NCBI GenBank assembly: GCA_963777605.1
Contig: CAVZRV010000007.1
Span: 192,001 to 256,000 of the forward strand
Length of the DNA: 64,000 nt
DNA from: an uncultured Acidobacteriota bacterium
Lineage (GTDB): Bacteria > Acidobacteriota > UBA6911 > RPQK01 > JAPXNP01
Direction: 5' to 3'
Shown here one piece after another: positions 1-9,542 of this stretch. The notes below the pieces were generated by a model, which was not told the origin of the DNA, made no database searches, and saw only the letters and a program-made list of their open reading frames with translations. The translations under genes were made by a program, and so were the position numbers. Numbering within the stretch: position 1 is the stretch's first letter; each line of letters starts with the position of its first letter.

Positions 1-1335
1 GATCCACCGCCTTCACAATCTGTGGCGTCACCATGACCAGAAGCTCGGTATTGGCCTGATCCGACGATCGGCTTCGAAAGAGCTTCCCCAAAAGCGGAAT
101 GTCCCCGAGCCCGGGAACCTTGGAGACGGTTTCGACCAGGCGGTTGTCGATGAGGCCGGCAATCGCAAAACTCTGGCCGTTCCTCAGTTCAACCTCGGTC
201 TCCGCCCGGCGTGTGTGAGATTGCAGGGACGACAAAGCCGGCAACGGTGAGGGCATTGGCAAAATCGAGGGCACTGACTTCCGGCACGACTTTGAGCCGA
301 ATCATGCCGTCATCCTGAATTTGAGGCGTGAAAATGACCCGGACCCCAAATTCCCGGAACTGAATCGTCACCGCCTGGAAGTTGCCCCCTCCCTGGACAA
401 CCGGGAAGGGGAATTCTCCCCCGGCCAGAAAGCTGGCCTCGCGGCCGTTCATCGCCAACACGTTGGGTTCGGCAAGGATTTGAAGCAGGCTCTTCTGGTT
501 CAGGGCGCGGATGACGGCCCCGAGATTGAGATCGGGCCGGAACAGGAAGATGTTCATCAGGTCGGAGAGCCCGAAGCACCGATCCAAAGCCCGCTGATGG
601 TCATTACCGATTGCGCCGGCCGCGGTATTCGGCTGACCTGGAATCTGGACACGCTGAGGGACTTGCCCGACACCCGCCCCGAGTTGGCCAAACTGCTGCG
701 TCGAAAGTGGCACCGATCGTGTTCCCGGCGCCCGTGCTGAAGAGGGACATCCCCAGTTCGCTCAAGCGTCGAGCGATCGACTTCGGCGATCTTGACTTGA
801 AGGAGGACCACCTCGCGGTTCTCCCGGATCGCCAGCATGTTGACGACTCGGGAGCGTAATGTCTTGGCGACCGCCTCAGCCTGCTTCTGCTCGGCCTCCG
901 ATCCGACCTCGCCGGTCAAAACCAGCGCCGAGCCGCTCTGGCGAACTTCGATCGATTCGTCCGGGCATGACCCGGGCCAGGGTTTCGCGAGCACCGCCAA
1001 CATCCAACTGGACGTCGAGATCAAACGACTGCACCTGTTCCTGCTCGTTCCAAAGCAGCAGCGTCACGCTCCCCGGCTTGATGCCCGTGGATCAGGACCT
1101 GCCGTTCGGTGACACTGACCGCCGAAGCAATCTCAGGATTCGTCACCGAAACCCGAACCAGCGGCTCGGGGCTGTTGATGACCAGTGACTTCCCCACCAA
1201 AACCCGCAACCGTTCACTGGACTGGTTCACTTGGGCAAGAACGACCGTTGAAGTGAAAGAAAAGACAACGACCGACAGAAAAGCTACCAATGAGAAATCG
1301 TGCTTACAGGATCTCTTACCCAGTGTCGTTCTCAT
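1..1335 (-). CDS. cpaC: Flp pilus secretin CpaC/RcpA (frameshifted, runs off the window)
   Basis: Consecutive fragments in different frames: signal peptide plus T2SS/T3SS pil_N domain (LRVLVGKSLVINS...RVSVTNPEIA), BON-like segment (VLTGEV...VVNML), secretin motifs (ILAEPNVLAMNGREASFLAGGEFPFP, FREFGVRVIFTP, LKVVPEVSALDF). At least 4 indels. Confidence 0.85.
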
Positions 1336-1450
1336 CTCTCTCCCCTCACCTTCACCACAGGAATCGGCAGGAACCGGCGCATTGTTTAGTAGAGCAGGCA
1401 CTGAAAATTCTTACTTCTGGATTCGGAATTCTGAATTCTGAATTCTCGTC

Positions 1451-2337
1451 CTAGTTTTCCCCCGGCTTTTTCTCTTCGTAGGTCATCGTCTTCCGCTCCG
1501 TTCCCTGGATGACTTCCACCTCGTACTTCTTGGGCGGAGGGGGGGGCGGGGGGGGAGGCGGGGCAACTCTTCGGACAACCCGCCGGACCGGGGCGGCCTC
1601 CTCGACCTTGGGCTGATCGGACGAGGGTTCGCTGTAGAGTTCCGCACGCTTCACCGGACTGGGATCGGTGTGCTCCAGGTCGAGAGGATTGCGAAGCGCC
1701 AACTGGATCCGGGCATCCGAGGAGGCCAGGGCCAGTTTCTGGGAATCCTCGGGGGTGACCAGAAGCGTGACCACCTGGACCTTTTCCGGCGTTCCCTGGG
1801 CGTTCCGCTCGATGTTCTGACCGGCAGCGAGCACCTCGACGTTTTCCAGGACCACCTTCGAGATCTCTCCGGACGAGCTGTTGTCGGGGGAACCGGTCAC
1901 GATGACATCGACCCGCGTTCCGGGCAGGACGAAGCCCGATACGCCGATGACCTCGTTGACCTTGACCGAAACCGCCCGCATTCCCGAAGGAATCGCCGTC
2001 GTGAGGCCCGCGCCGGCACCCCGAGGGGCCAATTTCGATTCCAGGACCGGCTCGTTCGGCAGCATCGGGACAACCACCCCGCGTCCGACAACCTCTTCGA
2101 CCCGGCTGAAACTTCCTTCAAGGGGAACTTCTTTCGACCAGGGAGCCAGGCGAAGATCACGTTTCCTCAATCAGTTTCCCCAGGGGCAGCCGCTCGACGC
2201 AACCACGATCTGACTTTCGCCCTCGGATGATTCGTTCGGGATCCGCGAGGAGATTTGCCGGTAGAGAACAAGGGTCAGAAGCCCACTGAGGAACGAGCGC
2301 CAAAACTGGCGAGCAATACAACCCTCAAACGGTTCAT
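1451..2337 (-). CDS. cpaB: Flp pilus assembly protein CpaB/RcpC (N-terminus frameshifted)
   Basis: GMRAVSVKVNEVIGVSGFVLPGTRVDVIVT and VTLLVTPEDSQKLALA...LALRNP motifs; poly-Pro tail. ATG at 2337 is out of frame with the 1451-2170 ORF. Confidence 0.88.
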
Positions 2338-2458
2338 CCCACACCACCTGATCAACTTCTGATCATTCATGAACGCTACGGGCACGGCCATGAAAACGAG
2401 CCCCACTAAGCAATCTCCAGAGCGCGAAACCCAGTGCTTGCGCTGAGATCACGCCATC

Positions 2459-2629
2459 TCAGAAATACCCGGAAGCGGTTTCATAGAATGCAGCGAGCAC
2501 CTTCCAAGAGCCCCAATCGCCCCGATGCAGACCAAGAATGATCAGCAACACCAAAACCGAGTACTCAATCACTGTTACGCCGCGTTGGTCAGCGCAACCA
2601 GCAGTCATAATGTGACTCTTTCGGATCAT
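2459..2629 (-). CDS. flp: Flp family pilin, second and divergent copy (probably frameshifted)
   Basis: DQRG-VTVIEYSVLVLLIILGL prepilin motif (G/xxxxEY). Confidence 0.65.
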   Translation of the reverse strand: MIRKSHIMTAGCADQRGVTVIEYSVLVLLIILGLHRGDWGSWKVLAAFYETASGYF

Positions 2630-2699
2630 CCCAATGCTGCCAGGGCCCACTCAATGTTACACAGTACCTCACCCGGAGAGCGAGCATAATCCTACATAC

Positions 2700-2728
2700 C
2701 GGGGCGCCCAACCGAGCCTGGCGCCCCG
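2700..2728 (-). terminator. Stem-loop downstream of the major pilin
   Basis: CGGGGCGCC...GGCGCCCCG 9-bp inverted repeat; no strong U tract. Confidence 0.4.
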
Positions 2729-2767
2729 AATCGTTCTACCTGCGAAACGCGCCCTCACTAAGTCCGG

Positions 2768-2968
2768 CTAGGTGTACCGCCCGCGTAATGTCTCGCCCAA
2801 ACGCCTGAAACAGCTGTATGCCAAGGTTTCCGATAATGGACAGGAGCAGACGACGATGATCAGCGCAGCAATAACCGCATACTCGATGACGGTCACGCCG
2901 CGCTCGTCGCGGGTCAGGTTGGAAAGGTTCATTTTGATGATGGCTACCAGGTTGTTCAACATTTTCAT
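2768..2968 (-). CDS. flp: Flp family type IVb major pilin
   Basis: DERG-VTVIEYAVIAALIIVV motif; strong SD (AAAGGAG) before ATG 2968; C-terminus probably frameshifted. Confidence 0.85.
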   Translation of the reverse strand: MKMLNNLVAIIKMNLSNLTRDERGVTVIEYAVIAALIIVVCSCPLSETLAYSCFRRLGETLRGRYT

Positions 2969-3089
2969 TCTCCTTTGATTAAGGTTTGCGGCCCGTTCCA
3001 AACAGCGCCTATGTTACCGGCGGCTGGCAAACCGCTCTACGGAACGATTTGGTGAAATGCGGAGAATATTTGGAAGAAAGCGGCCGACT

Positions 3090-3379
3090 GTAGGATAAGC
3101 TTCCAGCTTGTCTCCAAGCCACCGGCACCCGACCCGACGACGGTGCCCACTTCACGAGACAAGCAGGGATGCCCTACGCTGTTCGGCGGTAGGACAAGCT
3201 TCCAGCTTGTCTCCAGGCCACCGGCACCCAACCCGACGACGGTGCCCACTTCACGAGACAAGCAGGGATGCCCTACGCTGTTCGGCGGTAGGATAAGCTT
3301 CCAGCTTGTCTCCAAGCCACTGGCACCCAACCCGACGACGGTGCCCACTTCACGAGACAAGCAGGGATGCTTGTCCTAC
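3090..3379. repeat. BIME/REPIN-like array: 3 tandem 99-bp units, each an inverted pair of GTAG REP elements
   Basis: GTAGGAYAAGCTTCCAGCTTGTCTCC at 3090, 3189 and 3288, each followed by GAGACAAGCAGGGATGC..CCTAC. Confidence 0.9.
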
Positions 3380-4100
3380 GCCGGTGGATCGATCGGGAGG
3401 CTCATACTGATGGATTCGGCGACCCAGTCGGCCCCCTGGGAAATTAGAACCGAACCTTGTCGGATAAGGTAAGTGGTGCCGTCAGCGATGGGGGTCCAGC
3501 CGACCGCGAGAACGATTACCGGGATGAGCAGCCCCAGGACCGTCCAGGTGGAGACCCAGCCGGCGATTCTGCGGTCGTCGGGCTCGGTCAGGCGCTCCAA
3601 CTGCGAGCGACCCGAGGCCCAGCGTCCGATCAGCGTAGGGATCAGGAGCAGGGAGCGGATTCCTTCGCGGAACTGAACGAGGGGGTTGAGACGGTTCTTC
3701 TCGGCCTTCTCCACCTCTTCGTCGGCGATCCCAGGCAGCGGGTCAGGAGGTTGTTGGCCGCATTCAGGCGCTGTTCGTGAACCGTGGTCTGGCTCATCTG
3801 CTCCAGGATCTCGACCAGGGAACGGTCCGAGCGGCCGTAGTCGTGCTGGAAATAGTCGGCGTAGCGGCTCGTTCCCACCAGTTCATCGACCGACGCCTGC
3901 ACCCGGAGGACGTTGCGCATCAGCCACTCGTAGTGATCCTGGTTGAACGTCTCCTGGTATTCGAGACAGAAGTTCCTGAATTTCTTGCGATAGGTCTCGA
4001 TCAGTTCCCGCGACTGGATCCAACGGTTTCGGCGCAACAGGGTCACGCCATACCCGAGGCCAAGAACAACCAAGATAAAGAGAAAGGCCAGGAAGCGCAT
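3376..4100 (-). CDS. Hypothetical membrane protein (split by one frameshift near 3730)
   Basis: MRFLAFLFILVVLGLG start with SD GAAGGAG; continues in ORF 3376-3714 with further TM segments. Confidence 0.6.
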
Positions 4101-4306
4101 ATCGCGGCTCCTTCGATTAGAGTAGCTAAGATGGATGCCGTTCCGTATCTGAGAGTATATCGTCAATCTGTCATTTTTCAATCGGTTTCGCAGGACAACC
4201 CTTCCAGGTTGTCGCGTGGATGAACCGCCCACCCCGGTCACACCCGGCATGCCAATCCCGTGGGAAGGGTCCCGTTCTGGACGTGGGCGGCAGCGCAATC
4301 GCCACG

Positions 4307-4330
4307 ACGCAAGCTGGAAGCATGCGCTAC
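4307..4330 (-). repeat. REP variant (GTAG family)
   Basis: Minus strand GTAGCGCATGCTTCCAGCTTGCGT, same TTCCA-loop hairpin. Confidence 0.6.
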
Positions 4331-4454
4331 CCTGGCGCACGATCCAAAAATTTTCCGTGTTTTCCCCAAATTTGGAGCGGTGGGCGGAAACGTCCGCTAG
4401 GTGGTGATTGACTGCGTGGCGTATGATTATCAGTGAATCAATGGAAGGTTCAAA

Positions 4455-4928
4455 GTGGATATGGGAGACTCAGAGCATTCAGTTCAGTCAGTGAGCGGAG
4501 GATTTGACGCCGCAGGTAACTCCAGAGGCGTCGCGATCCTTGAGTTTGCCGTCGTTCTGCCCCTCCTGCTGCTGGTGCTCTTCGGGATCATCGAGATGAG
4601 CCTGGTTCTCTACGACCAGGCGATGATCACCAATGCTTCCCGGGAAGGCGCCCGGTACGGGATCCTCTTCAACACGGACAGCGAAGGCGCTTACACACCG
4701 ATGACGACCGCCCAGATCCAGGACAAGGTCAACACCTACCTGACGGATCACCTGGTCAGCTTTGCAGCTGCCAACGCCACGACAACCGTGAGTGGAGGTG
4801 GGGCTTCCGGGGTGCCGCTTACAGTCCGGGTCCAGTACGCGTATACGTTTCTCGTTCTCCCGAACTTCGCCAATACGTTGGCGGGCAACCTGAACCTGAC
4901 CGCCGAAACCGTGATGAGAATGGAATAG
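4455..4928 (+). CDS. tadE: TadE-like pseudopilin
   Basis: RGVAILEFAVVLPLLLLVLFGIIE...NASREGARYG. Confidence 0.9.
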   Translation: MDMGDSEHSVQSVSGGFDAAGNSRGVAILEFAVVLPLLLLVLFGIIEMSLVLYDQAMITNASREGARYGILFNTDSEGAYTPMTTAQIQDKVNTYLTDHLVSFAAANATTTVSGGGASGVPLTVRVQYAYTFLVLPNFANTLAGNLNLTAETVMRME

Positions 4929-4942
4929 GAGGAGGTGCGTCG

Positions 4943-6292
4943 ATGCCTCGCCCTTTGCGCTTGACTGACCGCTGGCGGACCGATCGGGGAGCGGTGATCG
5001 TACTGGTCGCAGTCATGATGGTGGTGCTCCTCACCTTCGGGTCCCTGGCCGTTGATGTGGGCTACATCATGGTCGTCCGCAACCAACTGCAGAATGCCGC
5101 CGATGCGGGTGCACTCCGCGGGGCCCGGGTGCTGTACACCAACAACGGCCAGACGATCAACACGGTCGCGAACAACGAAGCCTATTTGGCGGCGATTGAC
5201 AACATGAGCCAGAATCAGCCGGTGGAAGTGAATGACCCGTCGGGCAATTCGGGAGATGTCCAGCGGGGTCACTGGAGCTTTGCCTCACGGACCTTCACCG
5301 AGAACGCTTCTACGACACCGGTTGTCCTCTGGGATCGAACGACCGCAGAACTCGATGCCGATACCGGATACATCAATGCGGTCAAGGTCACCGTGCACCG
5401 TGAGGATATCCCGGCGAATTCGTTCCTTTCCAAGATCATCGGGTACGACAACTTCACACTCCAGGCGGAGGCGGTTGGCTACATCGGATTCGCGGGCACC
5501 CTGGGGCCCGGCGAGGCGGACCAACCCATCGCCATCTGCAAACAGAGCATCACGGATTTCGATTCCGGCGAGTATACCTGCAATACCGGCAGGATGATCA
5601 ATTCGGGCGGTGGGACTACACACAACACGGGTGGATGGACTAACTTCTCTCAGCCCTGTGACACGGCCAGTGTTCCCACGGTCAGGCCATTGGTCTGCAG
5701 TACCGGGAATCCCGGGGAAGTTGCCTACGGTGAGGGTATCGGGACGGTTGGCGGCATGCAGGACACGGTTTACCGAGATTTTCGCGACTGCTGGATTGCT
5801 TCAGCGGGTGCCGTGGATCTGGATGGCAGGCCGATCGTACCCTGGAATCTTTCGCTTCCGGTCGTCGACTGCGACGCGAACAACGTCAGTCCCTGCTCGG
5901 AGCTCGTCGGGGCGGTGAACCTGGACGTGATTTGGGTCAAAGAAACTGGAACGGACCCGCAGTGGCGTGATGTCCCTCTGCGAATTGACGCAGGACCCGC
6001 CGGTTCGTGGGTTTGCCAGGCAGCGGCCGATTTTGCGGCCGCACACGCGATCGGTGTTGAGCAGGTTCGAATCAATGATCTGGACGCCTCCCAGCGCCAG
6101 AGTTGCTGGGTGGAATTCGGCCCCAGGTTCAACCTGCAGACAGCAGACGGAACCAGTGTCGGGACCTTGAGTGCCAGCGACCTGCAAAAGACCATCTTCT
6201 TCCTGCCAAGCTGCACACCCCATGAGCCAAAAGGTCGCACGGGCGGAGAGAACTTCGGGATTCTCGCCAAGATTCCGGTGCTGGTGGACTGA
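4943..6292 (+). CDS. tadG: TadG-like pilus assembly protein with Cys-rich C-terminal domain
   Basis: RGAVIVLVA...LAVDVG...RNQLQNAADAGALRGA Tad N-terminal motif. Confidence 0.85.
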   Translation: MPRPLRLTDRWRTDRGAVIVLVAVMMVVLLTFGSLAVDVGYIMVVRNQLQNAADAGALRGARVLYTNNGQTINTVANNEAYLAAIDNMSQNQPVEVNDPSGNSGDVQRGHWSFASRTFTENASTTPVVLWDRTTAELDADTGYINAVKVTVHREDIPANSFLSKIIGYDNFTLQAEAVGYIGFAGTLGPGEADQPIAICKQSITDFDSGEYTCNTGRMINSGGGTTHNTGGWTNFSQPCDTASVPTVRPLVCSTGNPGEVAYGEGIGTVGGMQDTVYRDFRDCWIASAGAVDLDGRPIVPWNLSLPVVDCDANNVSPCSELVGAVNLDVIWVKETGTDPQWRDVPLRIDAGPAGSWVCQAAADFAAAHAIGVEQVRINDLDASQRQSCWVEFGPRFNLQTADGTSVGTLSASDLQKTIFFLPSCTPHEPKGRTGGENFGILAKIPVLVD

Positions 6293-6402
6293 CTCACCGG
6301 CACGAGGTAATCGGGAGTTGGCTGGGGGAGTCAACCGAAAGGCAAAACCTTTGCGAAAACTCTCCCCAGAGCAACCCCTGGAAGCAGCAAACCGCGGAGC
6401 GG

Positions 6403-6780
6403 CTACTTCTGTTCGAGCAGCCAATCGACAAGGGTCTTCAGCTCAGCCTGATTTCCGGTGAAGGTTTTCTTGTGCTTCTGGCCGTTGAGGTCCACTTCCT
6501 TCTTCAGGAATTTTCCAATCCAGTCCGCGTCCTGTTTGAGGTTCTTCAGATCAGGCCCCTTCATCTTCTCGGACTTCGTGGTGGCCGTGATTCCGGCACT
6601 CGAGACGTCATGACACATGTTGCACTTCTGACTCAGGAAAATCGCCTTGCCGTCGGCTCCGGACGGCCCGCTGCCCTCGCTTTGGATGGCCGCGGCCGCC
6701 CCTGCAGTTGTCGGCCATGCTACGGCCATAATCAACGCAAACATCAACGTCGTTCCGAATCCAACCAGAACTTTCCTCAT
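6403..6780 (-). CDS. Monoheme c-type cytochrome
   Basis: Signal peptide MRKVLVGFG..., CNMCH heme-binding motif, KGPDL. Confidence 0.85.
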   Translation of the reverse strand: MRKVLVGFGTTLMFALIMAVAWPTTAGAAAAIQSEGSGPSGADGKAIFLSQKCNMCHDVSSAGITATTKSEKMKGPDLKNLKQDADWIGKFLKKEVDLNGQKHKKTFTGNQAELKTLVDWLLEQK

Positions 6781-7192
6781 ATCTAAAGATCTCCCTTGTT
6801 TGAACCGGATTTCCCCCCAAGGTCTCTTGAGACACGGCAGGACTGCGTTGCCTCTCAATTCAGATGGCGACGGGGCAGAAAGGTTACAGACGAGGCCCCG
6901 ATTCTCAATGAAATCGGTAGTTGCAAGCCGGCCCCGCCCCCGCCACCGGATCATTCAAAGAGTGAAACTCTCCAAGCCGTCAATCGTGATTCCCGCGCAT
7001 TCAGTACGCGAGTGTCAGCGGCCTCTCCGGATCTGATTGCCAGTTCCAGCTTTCTCCAATGGTTCGGCCTCCGCATCACTTCTGTTGGCCTGCGAAGTCC
7101 GTCGCGCTCGCTTCACTCGCGTACTGGCGATCGCGCTGAACGACGCAAGTTCCGCGATGAATCTTCTTGATTCCATTCTCCGTTCGGTCTTC

Positions 7193-7237
7193 GGTTAGTG
7201 GCTTCGATTACGGAGACAAGCTGGAAGCTTATCCTAC
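7193..7237 (-). repeat. REP element with conserved flank
   Basis: GGAGACAAGCTGGAAGCTTATCCTAC is the exact reverse complement of the array REP; flank GGTTAG(G)TGGCTTCGATYACGG is shared with the 14645-14690 copy. Confidence 0.85.
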
Positions 7238-7382
7238 CGTCGTTTCAGGCCGGCCTCTCCGGATGTCGCACGGCTCGCGTAAACTTTTGAATTAAGCAGA
7301 TTTCTGTGGAAAACTGAGTTCGGGCAAGTTGGTCATTTGACGTGGCTGGTTTGGGCCTGTGTCCCACAGCAAGGAAAACCGG

Positions 7383-8459
7383 ATGTCTCACTATGAAGAG
7401 CGTCTCGAACAGGACCTGACCGAGATCCGAAATCGGATTTCCGAAGTCGACGAACTCCTTGGCCGGGCAATCTCAGCGAGCATTTCGGCGCTGCTGACCC
7501 GCAATCGGGAACTAGCGTCGGAGACCATCCTGCGGGACCAGATCGTGAACCGGAAAGTCCGGGAACTGGATGCCCTCTGCCACGCGTTCACGGCCAAGCA
7601 TCTTCCCAGTGGAGCTCACCTGCGCTTTGTTTCCTCGGTACTCCGTATCAGCATTGCCCTCGAACGGATCGGAGACTACGCCTCGACGATTTGCCGGGAG
7701 TCGGTGCGGATGAGCCAGGAACCGGAGGGAATCCTGCGCCGGGACATCGATCTGCTGGTGCGCGAGGCGAACCAGGTCCTGCACGAATCGGTTCGCGCGT
7801 TCGTCGAGTCAAATGCAGATCGGGCGCGAGGCACAGCATCGATGGCTTCCAACGTGGGCAAAGAGTTCGACCGAGCTTTCGAGGACCTCGTCGAGGAAAG
7901 CAAGCGATCCGAGCGGCCTATTGTTGACTTGTTTGGTGTCCTGATGGTGCTCAACCGGCTCAGCCGGATCTGCGACCAGGCAAAGAACGTATGCGAGGAG
8001 ACAATCTTCGCGGCCGCCGGTGCCGTCAAGAAGCCGAAGCGATTTCGGATTCTGTTTCTGGACCAGGACAGCGCCCGTTGGAGCGTGATGGCTGCCCTCG
8101 TTGCCCGCCGCATTTTTGAAACCCGTGCCGCGGTTTCGTATGCCGGGTTGGCGCCGGCAGACTCCCTCAACGCTGAGATGATTGCCTGGATGACCGACCG
8201 CGGTTTCAGCACGACAGGGATGGACCCGGTTGCCGCCGAACCACTGCCCGAACACCTTGACCAGTTTCACATCGTCATTGACCTGACGGGACGGCTAAGG
8301 CAGCGGGTCAAGAACCTCCCTTACCACGTAGTCCTGCTGACCTGGCCATTCGCTGCCGAACGCCCGGCAGAGGAGTTCTCTCTGGAGGAGGGATTCAACC
8401 GGCTGGAAACCCGGCTGAAAGACTTGGCCGGCATCCTGATCGGCGACTTGGCCAACTAA
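7383..8459 (+). CDS. phoU: PhoU fused to a degenerate LMW-PTP/ArsC-like domain
   Basis: Two PhoU repeats (LERIGDYASTI, LSRICDQAKNVCE); C-terminal RILFLDQDSARWSVMAA...SYAGLAPA resembles the ArsC/LMW-PTP N-terminus. Confidence 0.8.
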   Translation: MSHYEERLEQDLTEIRNRISEVDELLGRAISASISALLTRNRELASETILRDQIVNRKVRELDALCHAFTAKHLPSGAHLRFVSSVLRISIALERIGDYASTICRESVRMSQEPEGILRRDIDLLVREANQVLHESVRAFVESNADRARGTASMASNVGKEFDRAFEDLVEESKRSERPIVDLFGVLMVLNRLSRICDQAKNVCEETIFAAAGAVKKPKRFRILFLDQDSARWSVMAALVARRIFETRAAVSYAGLAPADSLNAEMIAWMTDRGFSTTGMDPVAAEPLPEHLDQFHIVIDLTGRLRQRVKNLPYHVVLLTWPFAAERPAEEFSLEEGFNRLETRLKDLAGILIGDLAN

Positions 8460-9542
8460 GGCTGTTCTGCGCCGGCGAGAAGCTCAAGCTTCTGAGCGTA
8501 CCGGTCCCTTCCCGCTTCATCAGGGGCATACTTTTCGGCGTCTTCCAACGCTTTCATCGCACGGTGGACCTCTCCCAGGCCGATGTAGGCCCGGGCCAAT
8601 GCGAAGTAGAAACGATGTTCTTCGTGCTTTCGCTTCAAGGCATCCTTGAAATGTTGGACAGACTCCGCAAGCGCGCCGTGCGAGAAAGCCTCCAGCCCGA
8701 GATTGTAGTGGTAATACGGGTTCTTGTTTCGAAACTCGGCGACCTTCTTCAGGAGTTTGAGGGCTTCGTCATGCCGACCCGTTCGTTCGTACAGGCTGGC
8801 CAGGTTCGACATTGCCACCATGTTCTCACGATCGAGATGAATCGCCTGCTTGTAGGCCGGTTCCGCTTCCATGTCCCGGTTGGCCAGCGCGTACGCCGCT
8901 CCGAGGTTGGCCCAGGCAAAAGGAGCCGAGTCGTCGAAGTCGAGGGCCCGTCGCAGCGCTCCGAGGGCTTGCTCGGAATCTCCCAGGGCCAGGTAGTTGG
9001 CGCCCAGGTTGTTGAAATAGTGCGCTCGACCACGATCATCGGAGACGATCTGACCCCTCAGTTCCACCCGGTTGATTCCCGGCAGGAGGTCAATCACGTA
9101 AGCACTCGTCCCGACAACTACTACCGCATTGACGTGTTGATTCAGGATGACCAGGCTTCCATGCTTACTCCAGGTCGGAATGATGTCGACCTCCCTGTAG
9201 CGGACATCCAGGCCGAGGTACCGCCCGGCCGCCACAATCAGGTTGGTGAATGCGAGGCAGTTCCCCGAGCCGTCTCTGATCAGTTGTTCAGCCGTCAGCG
9301 TCACCTCAGAGTAGCTGAAGTTCACCCCGTCATCGCTGAAGATCGTATTGATCAACTGGTGCAGACGCTCGATCTCGGGAGCCCCGCGAGCCACTCTTGC
9401 ATCGAGAAAAGCCTGTGACTCGGCCGAAAGGTACAGGGGATCCTTGTGCTCGGACGGTACCGGCGTGGCTCCGCTCAGTACAAGCAAAAGTAACAGTCCG
9501 AGTGGTCAGGACTCCCGTAAGGGGTATACGAGATATAACCAT
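8456..9542 (-). CDS. Secreted transglutaminase-like plus TPR protein
   Basis: GNCLAFTNL / HVNAVV / YVIDLL putative Cys-His-Asp triad followed by TPRs; signal peptide appears frameshifted near 9500. Confidence 0.7.

Noticed and set aside
2980-3035. c-di-GMP-I riboswitch before flp (GGGCCGCAAA on the minus strand)
   Set aside because: No GGCAAA..GAAA P2 hairpin, and no room for P3 before the RBS.
3090-3379. CRISPR array
   Set aside because: The 'spacers' are near-identical, repeats alternate in orientation and there are no cas genes; it is a REP array.
3037-3472. Repeat-peptide ORFs (3037-3360, 3108-3296, 3143-3472)
   Set aside because: Artefacts of the 99-bp (multiple of 3) repeat unit.
6338-6360. 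c-di-GMP-I-like AAGGCAAAACC..GAAA
   Set aside because: Complementary arm and GACGCAAA are missing; it lies between convergent genes.
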